Positions 16,962 to 25,583 of a stretch of DNA of 39,658 nt are shown here, piece by piece. The position numbers were made by a program, and so were the translations under genes. Source of the stretch: Gemmatimonadota bacterium. Its GTDB lineage: Bacteria; JBHIER01; G020348925. How positions within the stretch are numbered: position 1 is the first letter of the stretch; each line of letters begins with the position of its first letter. The stretch spans positions 2,144,030-2,183,687 of the forward strand of contig CP070758.1 of NCBI GenBank assembly GCA_020348925.1, written 5' to 3'. The notes below the pieces were generated by a model. It saw nothing but the letters and a program-made list of their open reading frames with translations, was not told where the DNA came from and ran no database searches.

Positions 16962-19592
16962 TCACGGACACTCCGGAATAATACCCAGAACAACATTGAC
17001 GATAGAAACGACGTCCGTAACATCCACCCGACCATTACCGTCACAGTCAGCCCGCCAAAGGGCGCTCCCCCCCAACACCTGTATACCTAAAATATGCCTG
17101 ATGACCGCAATCACGTCCAAAACATCGAGGTGCCCATCACCGTTCACGTCACCCTTGTCACCGACGAATGAGAGGTCCTGACCGTACAACACCAACGCAT
17201 CCTGCGTCTCCGGCACGTTCTGTATCATTATCAGGACCACATCCTCATCCGAATGATACCACCAGCCTTCCCCCCCACCCCAGAATTGACCGGCCGAGTC
17301 ATACTCGGAGATCCTCCCTCCATTTTTCAGAAGGGAATCGGGCGGGGTCGGGACACGGTTGACGCGGCAGATGTACACCCGGCCGGGACGTCTTCCGGAG
17401 AAGCCTCCCTGGGCCGGTCCAATATCGATCGTTATCTTTCCTGGGTGCACCTGACACGTATATTGTGTCGTATCCCAATCGCCGGACTCGTAACCGCAGC
17501 TCTTTCCATCGTCCTCGTAGACTATGGCGGAGGAAAATCCGGAGGGATAGATATCCAGGGTCAACGTGTCCAGGGGTATCTGATCCGAATAGTCCATTTC
17601 AGGGCCCATGGGGATGATGGCCCCTGCTTTGATAAAAAGCGGCATGACATCCAAAGGTGACGGAACAGTGTGGTATCCCTGCGTATATATGTCCTTGGTC
17701 CAGTAATCGATCCATTCGCCCCGGGGAAGATAGACCGTTTTTGAGGTTGCACCCTCCTCGGTAACAGGAGCGACCAGAATATCGTCACCCCAGAGATATT
17801 CCCATCCGAGATTGACGACCTCGGGATCGTCGGGATATTCCAGCACGAGAGGCCGGGCCAAAGGTAAGCCCACGGACATATTTCTGTAGGCCATTGTGTA
17901 AATATATGGCAGCAATCTGTACCTCAGTTTGATGTACTTCTTACAAATAGCTTCAACCTCAGGACCATAACCCCAGGGTTCCGTCGTATGGCCGACACCG
18001 TGGGGCCGGGTAATAGGACAGAAGGTGCCGAACTGCATCCAGCGTGCATACAGTTCACCGCTCGGTGTTCCCCAAAATCCGCTTATGTCGGAATGTTGAT
18101 ACCCGACACCCGACAGACTCATGCCCAGCATGATGGGAATCTGGTTCCTCAAACCTTTGAAGGTACAGGAGACATCCCCGGACCAGGGCGCCGTACCGTA
18201 GCGCTGCATCCCGGCATATCCCGACCGTGTCACAATGAACACACGCTCATCCGGACGATAGGCGCGATACCCGTCGTACAGCGTCTTACTCCACAGTAGA
18301 TTCAGAATATTATGGGCCTTGGCTGCGGAGCCAAGGTGGTGAACCATATCCTCCGGATGGGTCTCCGGCTCTCCCAGATCGGTCCACCACCCGGCAACAC
18401 CTTGATCCAAGAACGGCTCGTGCTTCGACCACCACCACTGACGGGCTTCCGGGTTGGTAAAATCGATAAGCCCGGCGGGGCCGGCCCACATATTGACGAT
18501 ATAAGTGGCTCCGGAAGGGTCCATGCCGAAATAACCGTTCGACGAACCCTCACTGAAATTGGGCGTCCAGTCCCTGACATACGGCTCCTCGATGAGGATG
18601 GTCTTAATCCCCACATCCTGAAACTCCCCCAACATCCTTGTTGGATCGGGCCAGTTACTCAAATTCCAGGCAAAACGGCCCATATCTCCGGGATACCCGA
18701 ACCAGTAGAGATCCAGGATGATGGCATCGATGGGGATATCTTTCTCCCACATGGTCGAGATCATAGCCTTGGCCTGATTTTCGTTCTCATACCCGTACTT
18801 TGACTGGAGATATCCCAAGGCCCAGCGGGGCGGCAGCGGTGCTCGGCCCGTCAGCCACGTGTATCTTTCAAGTATCCTTTTCATATCAGGACCGTAAATC
18901 ATGTAGTAGGTCATTTGGCCTCCGTCTGCCCGATAAAACCAGTAATCAGAACTCTCCTCCCCGAAGTCAAAATTGCCGGTATAGGTATTATCGAAATAGA
19001 GGCCGTATCCGGAATTCGTGCAGACAAAGGGAATATTTATGCCCATGGTTGGATGCTCATCATCTCCGGAGCCATGCCGGTTATAGGTGTCAAAGCTCCA
19101 GCCCTTTCGATCCAGGTCGATGGCTCGCATACCGAGGCCGTAAAAATGATCGTCTTGGGTTTGTGAGAAATAGACATACTGATTTGGCCTCTCCCACCCC
19201 AGACCTCCTTCAGGACGCTCTTGCAGAAGTAATTGACCCGACCTATCGGAGAAAGAGAGGCGGAACGGATATTTCTGACAATGGATGTCAAATGTCTGGG
19301 ATAGGATATGAAGACTACTATCCTCGTCCTCAACTGTAAAACTCACGCCAGGCCAGGATGAGTGCATCACAACGAATGAGCTGTCTTCCAGTGGATTCCA
19401 GATAAAAGAGAGCATCACCTTTACGATATCTTCAGTGCAGAACTCGAGGGACACAAAAGCCGGCAAACATTCGAAGACAATCTTGTTGCCATCAACTTCG
19501 TGAGATCCGTAATCTCCCACAAACTCGACAGCCTCGAGCCTCATGTTTAAGGCAACAACAAAAAACGCTGTAAATATTATTTTCGCTCGCAT
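16962..19592 (-). CDS. Exported GH31 alpha-glucosidase / alpha-transglucosylase with a C-terminal dockerin-like module (876 aa)
   Basis: Signal peptide. LTGRAPLPPRWALGYLQSKYGY, ILDLYWF, AGWWTDLGEPE (nucleophile Asp), TRSGYAGMQRY, WSGDV (acid/base), LRYRLLPYIYT. Dockerin at 16962-17156. Confidence 0.92.
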   Translation of the reverse strand: MRAKIIFTAFFVVALNMRLEAVEFVGDYGSHEVDGNKIVFECLPAFVSLEFCTEDIVKVMLSFIWNPLEDSSFVVMHSSWPGVSFTVEDEDSSLHILSQTFDIHCQKYPFRLSFSDRSGQLLLQERPEGGLGWERPNQYVYFSQTQDDHFYGLGMRAIDLDRKGWSFDTYNRHGSGDDEHPTMGINIPFVCTNSGYGLYFDNTYTGNFDFGEESSDYWFYRADGGQMTYYMIYGPDMKRILERYTWLTGRAPLPPRWALGYLQSKYGYENENQAKAMISTMWEKDIPIDAIILDLYWFGYPGDMGRFAWNLSNWPDPTRMLGEFQDVGIKTILIEEPYVRDWTPNFSEGSSNGYFGMDPSGATYIVNMWAGPAGLIDFTNPEARQWWWSKHEPFLDQGVAGWWTDLGEPETHPEDMVHHLGSAAKAHNILNLLWSKTLYDGYRAYRPDERVFIVTRSGYAGMQRYGTAPWSGDVSCTFKGLRNQIPIMLGMSLSGVGYQHSDISGFWGTPSGELYARWMQFGTFCPITRPHGVGHTTEPWGYGPEVEAICKKYIKLRYRLLPYIYTMAYRNMSVGLPLARPLVLEYPDDPEVVNLGWEYLWGDDILVAPVTEEGATSKTVYLPRGEWIDYWTKDIYTQGYHTVPSPLDVMPLFIKAGAIIPMGPEMDYSDQIPLDTLTLDIYPSGFSSAIVYEDDGKSCGYESGDWDTTQYTCQVHPGKITIDIGPAQGGFSGRRPGRVYICRVNRVPTPPDSLLKNGGRISEYDSAGQFWGGGEGWWYHSDEDVVLIMIQNVPETQDALVLYGQDLSFVGDKGDVNGDGHLDVLDVIAVIRHILGIQVLGGSALWRADCDGNGRVDVTDVVSIVNVVLGIIPECP

Positions 19593-19604
19593 TTTTACTC
19601 TCCA

Positions 19605-21665
19605 CTACGGCCAACAAGAACCACGACCCGTTATCACACTCACAACGAGAAGAATATCTCCTACATCAATAGTACTATTGGCATCACAATCCCCACGCCA
19701 GAGAGTGCATGCGTCGGGCTCAATGATCCCAAGCGAAAGCCTGACCGCTGTGACAATATCGAGCACATTGATCACTCCATCATTCGTGACATCGCCCTTC
19801 TGACCACATTCGTTGGCAATACCTCCCTCTCTGTAGACGGCCAATCCACCACCGGCAGTCCCTATCCACATGTTCCCCAGAGAATCCTCAGTCAGTGCCC
19901 AGATCCAGTTACTCGGCAACCCTGAATTACCCGTCATGAACACCTGCCACTCGGAATCGTCGAACCGCACAAGCCCCCTGCTGGTCCCGAACCACTTGTC
20001 CCCGTGAGAATCTATCGTCATGACCCAGACATGATTGTCAGGCAGGATCGAGTTCATCGTATCGTAGACCGTCCAGCCATCACCATCAAACCGCGCCACT
20101 CCGCCATACGTACCAATCCACCGGTTTCCGAGGCTGTCGATGGCGATGTCATTGATCCTGTTATCCGGAAGACCCGAATTGTCGGCCTGATAGACCGTCC
20201 AATGGAGACCATCAATGACAGCCAGCCCATTGAACGTTCCGATCCAAAGATCACCGATCTCATCAAAGGCCAGTGCGAGAACATCATTATCAGGCAGGTC
20301 GGAGTTTTGAGTGTTGAAAACAGTCCAACTCGTCCAGTCAAATCTGGCCAGTCCTCCACCAATGGTTCCCACCCACAGGGCACCGGACCAGTCAACGACC
20401 AGCTCGTAGATTGCGCTCCTCGGCAGACCGGAGTTCTGGGCCGTAAACGAATACCACTGTCCGCCATCGTAGAGACCGAGCCCACCCGGTGTCCCGAACC
20501 ACTTGCTCCCTGAAATGTCGAAGGCGGACACCCACACCAGGTTGTCGAGGGAAACGGTTTTCTTGAGGTCGTAGGCGGTCCATGTGAATCCATCGTATTC
20601 CGTCAGGCCGTTTTCGGTCCCAATCCATCCGTGCCCATGTTCATCGAAAGATACTGTAAAAACGTCCTCATGCGGTAAGCCCGAATTCGCCGCGCTATAC
20701 TCCCTCCACCTTTCACCGTCAAACCGCACAAGTCCCTCGTCCGTGCCAACCCATAGCATCCCGTCGTCATCCTCATCTATTGCCCTCACTTCGTTACTTT
20801 GCAATCCGGAGGTGGCGGTGTTATAGACAGTCCATTGCCGTCCGTCGAATCGAGCGAGCCCACCACCCAGCGTCCCCATCCATTTGTCACCCCGACTGTC
20901 AACAAAAACAGTCCAAATCCAGTTATGAGGCAAGCCGGAGTTGGAGGTGCTGTATACCGTCCACGAAGCACCGTCAAATCGGGCCAAACCGTCTCCCGTC
21001 CCAACCCAGATATGTTCCTCTTCATCGAAGGCTATCGAATAGACATAATCGTTCGGTAAACCGGAATTCAGAGTATTGTAGCTCCTCCAGGCAGATCCAT
21101 CGAAATGCGCCAATCCTCCCTGAGTACCGATCCACACCTCAAAGGAGTCTCTGACGGCCAAGGACCTTATTTCATTATTTGGTAAGCCTGAATTCGAGGT
21201 TGTATACTGGATCCAGTCTTCCCCATCGAATTGGATCAAGCCGTCCTGCGTCCCGATCCACACAGTATTATAAAAGTCAATGGCCAGAGCTCTCACTCTG
21301 TTGTCCGGTAAACCGGAGTTCGATGTGCTGAACGTTGACCAATGCGCACCATCAAATCTGGCCAATCCCCCGGACGTTCCAATCCAGACACTCCCTCTCG
21401 AATCGACGGCGACGGTCCTCACCCCATTTTCCGGAAGACCGGCATTTGCCCGGTTGTAATGAACGACCTCATCGGTTGATGTGCCGAGCTGTGTCAATCC
21501 GCAGCCACCAACCCAGAGATATCCGTTCACCGCAACGAGAGCATTGACATTCGGTGCTGTGTAATTGATCCATTCCGGGTCGTGCGCCACAACCGAAGGT
21601 ACCCAGATGAAAACGAACACTCCATACAATAGAAATTTACAATCCAGTTGTATTGAGGATTTCAT
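19605..21665 (-). CDS. Exported double beta-propeller (Reg_prop / two-component-regulator-propeller repeats) with a C-terminal dockerin-like module (686 aa)
   Basis: Signal peptide. About 14 repeats of ~44 aa with consensus W..Y...NSGLP.N.V..I..D..G..WIGT.GGL.RFDG. No Y_Y_Y, kinase or TM domain. Dockerin at 19605-19799. Confidence 0.85.
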   Translation of the reverse strand: MKSSIQLDCKFLLYGVFVFIWVPSVVAHDPEWINYTAPNVNALVAVNGYLWVGGCGLTQLGTSTDEVVHYNRANAGLPENGVRTVAVDSRGSVWIGTSGGLARFDGAHWSTFSTSNSGLPDNRVRALAIDFYNTVWIGTQDGLIQFDGEDWIQYTTSNSGLPNNEIRSLAVRDSFEVWIGTQGGLAHFDGSAWRSYNTLNSGLPNDYVYSIAFDEEEHIWVGTGDGLARFDGASWTVYSTSNSGLPHNWIWTVFVDSRGDKWMGTLGGGLARFDGRQWTVYNTATSGLQSNEVRAIDEDDDGMLWVGTDEGLVRFDGERWREYSAANSGLPHEDVFTVSFDEHGHGWIGTENGLTEYDGFTWTAYDLKKTVSLDNLVWVSAFDISGSKWFGTPGGLGLYDGGQWYSFTAQNSGLPRSAIYELVVDWSGALWVGTIGGGLARFDWTSWTVFNTQNSDLPDNDVLALAFDEIGDLWIGTFNGLAVIDGLHWTVYQADNSGLPDNRINDIAIDSLGNRWIGTYGGVARFDGDGWTVYDTMNSILPDNHVWVMTIDSHGDKWFGTSRGLVRFDDSEWQVFMTGNSGLPSNWIWALTEDSLGNMWIGTAGGGLAVYREGGIANECGQKGDVTNDGVINVLDIVTAVRLSLGIIEPDACTLWRGDCDANSTIDVGDILLVVSVITGRGSCWP

Positions 21666-24600
21666 TCACCATCCCTACGATGTCCAAAACGTTCACGGCC
21701 CCGTCGTCGTTGAAATCGGCGGCCCACAATTCATATTCTGTCGGGAGAGGGGGAAGTATCAGAATAATATTGACTGCCATGACAACATCCACAACATCTA
21801 TGGATCCGTCTCCATTCACGTCCCCTTTCAGTCCGAGATCAGTGTTGAGTGAGTCCCCTAAAACGAGAATCTGCGCCTGATACGGCTCAAGTTGGAAGTG
21901 GATCGTGTCAAGATTGGCCCCTCTGTACGGATACTGATGGTCGGCCAACACATCAGTCAGATAATACTGTTTCCCCGGATCGACACTCCAATCCTCAAGG
22001 GGCAGGATCACATCGGCCGTCCGTACCTCATCGGCAAAATTGAGATTGACGACAACGGTCTCATCCCCTTCACGCCGGAAGAAGGAGTAGACGAAATTGC
22101 TGTTCCCGTTACTGAGCCGATCGATGGTCTGGTTGCGCATGGATGGGTACGTTTTCCGAACGAAGATGAGCTTCTGATAGTAGGGTCGCAGCTCGTTGGG
22201 ATCGCTCCAGTTAATGAGACCGCGCTGGCTGCTTTCCCCCACTTCCTGCCCGGCGTAGATGAGGGGTATCCCGGGGATCGTCAGATTGAGAGCAGTCAGT
22301 ATCTTCGCCTGGGGGACAGTATACTCGGACATGAGGCGCTGCTCATCGTGGTTCTCCAGAAAACGCAGGGGGTATGCATTGTCCGGGAACCCGTACACGA
22401 TCCCGTTGAACTCGTTGATGATCTTCTCATGCAGCCATCCCACGTCTCCACCGGAAAGAATGTTCCCGAATCCGTCCCAGAAGAGGGGCCAGTCGTAGGC
22501 CGAATCGAAACGCCGGTCGAAGAGTGTAAAATCAGTGGCACCGGCTTCGGCCAGGCACAGGATATCCGGCCTGGTCGTCTTCAACGCCTGCCGCCATTCA
22601 AGCCAGTAATCGGGATACCGGTCCTGGATGCCCCAGGCCACGTCGCACCTGAAGCCGTCAATCCCGAGGGAATCCGTGTAAAATTTGGCCATGTTGATGA
22701 AGTAATCCCGGGCATCCTCATCGCTCTGATTCAAATTGGGCAGGCTTGTCCAGTCATAGTAATAGGTGTAGAGACCGTTGGGGCTCAGCGTCCCTCCCAG
22801 CTCCTCCCTTCGCTCGTAGAAATCGTAATAAAAGGAATGCTGGCGGAACCTGGCCATATCCTGGAAGAAGGCATGATCGATGGAGGAATGGTTGACCACG
22901 TGATCGATGATGACGCGCAGGCCCAGGTCATGCGCCGTTTCGATAAATGCCACAAAATCATCCATGGTGCCGTAATCGGCCTCGATGGCCAGGTAATCAT
23001 TGACCGCATAGCCGTGATCCGACGGTCCCTCGTTGATGGGCATGAGCCAGATGGCCGTTGCGCCCAAATCGGCGACATCCCCAAGCCGTGCCGTCGCCCC
23101 GGCGAAATCCCTGCTGGAGCTGAAGGACCGGATGTAGATCTCGTAGAGTATGGCATCCTTGACCCACTGGGGGCTGTCGTTCATGCTGCCCCCCCAGGCA
23201 CTGTCGGACGTCACGGAAACAAAGGTCCGCCCGTAAGACTCCTCACTGTCAATATCACTGGCGATGAGATCGAAATAGTATTCCCCCTCAACCTCGGGCT
23301 TGGGGAAAGAGGGCGTGGCCGACGTCGGATCGTCCAACACCACCAGCGACGGATTGTCCGAATCGACCAGCCACTGGTGAAACACTTTGGGACCGTTGGG
23401 ATCATTACTCAGACTGGCATCAAGGCTGATCGTACTGTTGCTGAATATGGCCGGCGAAAATACGATGTTCGGCCGGGTATAAAATTTTCTGAAGAAGATT
23501 AGATTCGCGGAGTAAATGGAATCGCCATCGCTGACGACCAGGGCGCGGAAAACGTTCTCCCCTGTTGTCAGAAAAGCCGCGTAGGCGAATTCATTCTCTA
23601 TCACAGGAACGATAACGGGTGCTTCGTTGTGAAAAAGCGTTACCTCCACCACCGAACCACCCTCGACACTGCCGACGATCTCGACGTTTTTCTTCAGCGT
23701 GGTTCCCCCTCTGGTCAGAAAGGACACGACGATATCCGATGCCTTCAGACTGCTGTCGATATCGCTGGGGCTGATGCCGACATATCCGCGTCCCTCATAA
23801 TCAAGGGCCGCCTGGCGACTGCTGGTGAAGTTGTTGAACAAGCGAGTCTGGAGCTCGGGTGAATCACAGAACATGGCGTCAAATACATCCGCCTCACCCT
23901 CCTCAGCCACGCCACCCATATTCTCATCAACCTCCGTGACCATCCCCCCTGTTCCCGTCACATACGAATAGATGCAACAGTACCACTTGTCCGTGAACGT
24001 CCCCAGCAGACCCGTCAAATCCGACAAAGAAAGCGAGAAGGCAAAGGTATCGGACGCAACCGCACCCGGGGGCATAGAAACCCGAAGATCCCCGATGAGT
24101 GGGTCTCTGGTCGTGTAGAGTATATTATGCATCTCCCCATCGCAGTGGGGAGACTCAGGAGATACAATGGGAACATAGATACCGACACCGGTCCACTCAA
24201 GGTGACTCAATTCCGTACTGATAATATCCCCGACCAGGCCGGCATCGATGGAATTGGTCAGAATAAAGGAAAGGGCCGTATATTCCGTAATATCTGCCAG
24301 ACCGATCCGAAAGTGCAATGAATCTTCAGCCCCCGTCAGCCTGATGTGCATACTGAGAAGATCAGCCGAACCATCCGGGACGCCTTCGGGATAGGTGTAG
24401 GTCCCGGTACCGGCATCGTCACCGTAGCTGTCAAGATAATGATATCCGGACTCCGACGGATAGACGCCGAAGACACTCGTTTTCCGGGGCGCGGCCCGAC
24501 CCTCATTATCCGAAACGTCAAAGGTGAGAAGATGATCCCCCGGGGAGAGATCCGAAACGGAACCGGACAGCACTGACCAGAAAGGATCGTACGAGAAACC

Positions 24601-25491
24601 GAGGGGTTCGCTGTCCAAGGTGAGGGACAGGGTCGATTCGTCAATTCCGTCATCGTAATCCCCATCGATGACGGCCGCTGCAATTTCCGTCCCCGTAATA
24701 TCAACCAGGATAGCCCCATCCTCGGGCACCGTGACCACGAAGGACGGCAGTGTATCGGCCACAACGATGATGATCGAATTGTTGTACTCCGACGGATTCG
24801 TCTTCGGGTTGTCGGGATCCGAGAACCACTCCTCGTGATTGATCACGAACTTGTACTCGTAGTAGCCCTCCTCCAGAATTTTCGTCATCGTATAGACGCC
24901 ACTCTCATCTGGACCGTTCATGGTGTCGGAGTACCGGCTCCAGCTGTTGAAGGTCCCCGCCAGATTGGCCGTATTGATCAACGACGGGCTGTAGCCGAAC
25001 TGGGCGCTGCGGGTGTCCAACACGAATTCAACGTCAGCTGCCAACTGCTCCGGTTGCTCGACAAGCTGGATGTCCCAGTTGGCGTTATTGTTGTTATCCC
25101 ACTGGGTACCGTTCGTGACGACGTAGTGCAGGGTTTGGGTTTCACTCTCCGTCTGGATCGAAATTCGCCACAAGCCGGGATTTGTCTTCGTCATAGGTGA
25201 CTGGACGGCCAAATTGTCACTGTGCGGAACCGTCCCCTCTGGCCACATACTCTCCGGGGCTTTCTGCCAGGCCCCATGGGCCGTCTCATTGATACCCCAG
25301 TGGAGCTTCACACCGGTACCATCGTCAGGCAACGTGCCGGGAATATCGTTGTAATAGATCGTGAGCAGATCACCGGGATTCGGGCTTTCGGGCTCCCACC
25401 AACTAACCTGTCCCCGGCCGCCCGATGCACTCACGAGAAGAACAACAAGAACGAATACACCCCGTCGTGTTGTTTTCAAGAATTTTTCCAT
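21637..25491 (-). CDS. Large modular exported GH13 alpha-amylase/neopullulanase-like enzyme: CBM-like + CBM48-like + Ig + DOMON/glucodextranase-C-like + PKD-like + GH13 + dockerin (1284 aa)
   Basis: Signal peptide. KLHWG...WDNNNNANW (starch-CBM-like), NLAGTFNSW...YEYKFVIN..WFSDPDNP (CBM48-like), DSYGDDAGTGTYTYP (glucodextranase-C-like), ISLDASLSNDP (PKD-like). GH13 motifs DHVVNH, DGFRCDVA, LAEA, FLENHD. Dockerin at 21637-21828. Confidence 0.9.
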   Translation of the reverse strand: MEKFLKTTRRGVFVLVVLLVSASGGRGQVSWWEPESPNPGDLLTIYYNDIPGTLPDDGTGVKLHWGINETAHGAWQKAPESMWPEGTVPHSDNLAVQSPMTKTNPGLWRISIQTESETQTLHYVVTNGTQWDNNNNANWDIQLVEQPEQLAADVEFVLDTRSAQFGYSPSLINTANLAGTFNSWSRYSDTMNGPDESGVYTMTKILEEGYYEYKFVINHEEWFSDPDNPKTNPSEYNNSIIIVVADTLPSFVVTVPEDGAILVDITGTEIAAAVIDGDYDDGIDESTLSLTLDSEPLGFSYDPFWSVLSGSVSDLSPGDHLLTFDVSDNEGRAAPRKTSVFGVYPSESGYHYLDSYGDDAGTGTYTYPEGVPDGSADLLSMHIRLTGAEDSLHFRIGLADITEYTALSFILTNSIDAGLVGDIISTELSHLEWTGVGIYVPIVSPESPHCDGEMHNILYTTRDPLIGDLRVSMPPGAVASDTFAFSLSLSDLTGLLGTFTDKWYCCIYSYVTGTGGMVTEVDENMGGVAEEGEADVFDAMFCDSPELQTRLFNNFTSSRQAALDYEGRGYVGISPSDIDSSLKASDIVVSFLTRGGTTLKKNVEIVGSVEGGSVVEVTLFHNEAPVIVPVIENEFAYAAFLTTGENVFRALVVSDGDSIYSANLIFFRKFYTRPNIVFSPAIFSNSTISLDASLSNDPNGPKVFHQWLVDSDNPSLVVLDDPTSATPSFPKPEVEGEYYFDLIASDIDSEESYGRTFVSVTSDSAWGGSMNDSPQWVKDAILYEIYIRSFSSSRDFAGATARLGDVADLGATAIWLMPINEGPSDHGYAVNDYLAIEADYGTMDDFVAFIETAHDLGLRVIIDHVVNHSSIDHAFFQDMARFRQHSFYYDFYERREELGGTLSPNGLYTYYYDWTSLPNLNQSDEDARDYFINMAKFYTDSLGIDGFRCDVAWGIQDRYPDYWLEWRQALKTTRPDILCLAEAGATDFTLFDRRFDSAYDWPLFWDGFGNILSGGDVGWLHEKIINEFNGIVYGFPDNAYPLRFLENHDEQRLMSEYTVPQAKILTALNLTIPGIPLIYAGQEVGESSQRGLINWSDPNELRPYYQKLIFVRKTYPSMRNQTIDRLSNGNSNFVYSFFRREGDETVVVNLNFADEVRTADVILPLEDWSVDPGKQYYLTDVLADHQYPYRGANLDTIHFQLEPYQAQILVLGDSLNTDLGLKGDVNGDGSIDVVDVVMAVNIILILPPLPTEYELWAADFNDDGAVNVLDIVGMVNEILNTTGL

Positions 25492-25583
25492 TTGACACAC
25501 CTTTCTTCTGAGAGTGAAAAACTTTCGCACTCCTTGTCTTGAAATCATGAATAATCGTCTCCTCATTCACCCTCGGTCCGACT

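Noticed and set aside
19800-21500. ~130-nt periodic DNA similarity as a possible CRISPR or DNA repeat array
   Set aside because: The repeats are degenerate at synonymous positions and fully explained by beta-propeller protein repeats.
21637-21665. 29-nt overlap of the GH13 end and the propeller start as a frameshift truncating the dockerin
   Set aside because: Both helices of the dockerin are complete and both Cys are absent together; the overlap is compatible with translational coupling.
21892-23502. 536-aa plus-strand ORF (also 25848-26849)
   Set aside because: Antisense shadow of well-supported GH13 genes, explained by codon bias; no protein motifs.
25512-25532. GAGTGAAAAACTTTCGCACTC as a LacI-type operator (similar GAAAGTTTTCC near 29033)
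   Set aside because: Only weak similarity, lacking the central CG typical of LacI sites, and there is no regulator in the window; it may be just a small hairpin.
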